Source: a virus | Strand: one strand, 5' to 3' | Length of the DNA stretch: 5,741 bases | Virus record (IMG/VR): IMGVR_UViG_3300045988_003419 | Span: 1-5,741 of that record | Part shown: piece after piece, positions 5,596 to 5,741 of the stretch | Layout of the letters: each line of letters starts with the position of its first letter | Position numbering within the stretch: position 1 is the first letter of the stretch | The notes under the pieces: model-generated | Seen by the model: the letters and a program-made list of their open reading frames with translations, nothing else | Databases searched by the model: none | What the model was told of the DNA's origin: nothing | Program-made: the position numbers and the translations under genes

Positions 5596-5637
5596 CGTGA
5601 GGTTGACGAAAATCAACCTTGCGTTTTTTTTTTTTTT
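5596..5637 (+). terminator. Strong rho-independent terminator with a 14-T run.
   Basis: CGTGAGGTTGA (5596-5606) pairs with TCAACCTTGCG (5613-5623). This is an 11-bp stem with two G.U pairs and the loop CGAAAA, followed directly by T14 (5624-5637). Confidence 0.85.
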
Positions 5638-5667
5638 GGTAAAATGAGAGAAAAAGGAGGTGGTATC

Positions 5668-5741
5668 ATGGCATACCGCAAGACCGTAAAACCGAAGATC
5701 GACAAGAAAATTTTCACCAACACCGCAAAGAAAACCAAAAA
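5668..5741 (+). CDS. Redundant partial copy of the 46-165 small basic protein gene, an artefact of the terminal overlap and truncated by the window end.
   Basis: It lies inside the exact repeat 5623-5741. The ATG at 5668 corresponds to position 46 plus 5622. Confidence 0.9.
   Translation, partial: MAYRKTVKPKIDKKIFTNTAKKTK

Noticed and set aside
433-5616. All 13 minus-strand ORFs in the track (for example 433-783, 2224-2580, 2690-3103, 3073-3465, 3762-3989, 4098-4514, 4733-5110 and 5234-5539).
   Set aside because: Every one lies antisense to a confidently identified + strand gene. Their Leu/Phe/Cys/Ser/Arg-rich, membrane-looking translations are what the complement of an A-rich, T-poor coding strand produces. 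I saw no convincing SD or promoter for them. Microviridae transcribe a single strand.
1-5741. CRISPR arrays, tRNA or rRNA genes, transposase or IS ends.
   Set aside because: There are no spaced direct repeats other than the terminal assembly overlap and the duplicated promoter module. I saw no cloverleaf-like or rRNA-like segments and no transposase-like ORF.

Overview
The window is one complete circular Microviridae (Gokushovirinae-like) ssDNA phage genome. It was linearised with an exact 119-nt terminal redundancy (1-119 = 5623-5741), which gives a unit length of 5622 nt. All credible genes are on the + strand. The core genes, in order, are a 39-aa basic J/VP8-like DNA-binding peptide that the ORF track missed, a VP5-like protein, the VP3 internal scaffold, the VP1 major capsid protein, the VP2 DNA pilot protein and the VP4 HUH replication initiator. 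This is the usual gokushovirus circular order VP1-VP2-VP4-VP5-VP3. Accessory genes sit at the VP2/VP4 and VP4/VP5 junctions. The accessory content is the unusual part. (i) There are two ribbon-helix-helix (RHH) proteins. One of them ends in ...WDDDDLPY, which closely resembles the bacterial SSB C-terminal tip (Firmicutes SsbA ...DDDLPF). (ii) Two nearly identical perfect-consensus sigma-70/sigmaA promoters (TTGACA-17-TATAAT, sharing an identical 17-mer and phased GGTGTA repeats) drive that RHH gene and a 53-aa acidic ORF. The 53-aa ORF is also absent from the track and forms a self-contained promoter-ORF-terminator cassette. (iii) An 18-bp perfect hairpin lies immediately upstream of rep. Strong Shine-Dalgarno sites, consensus promoters and intrinsic terminators suggest a Firmicutes-type host. 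No integrase, lysis gene, tRNA or CRISPR array is visible. All family assignments come from motif recognition by eye, and no database search was run.
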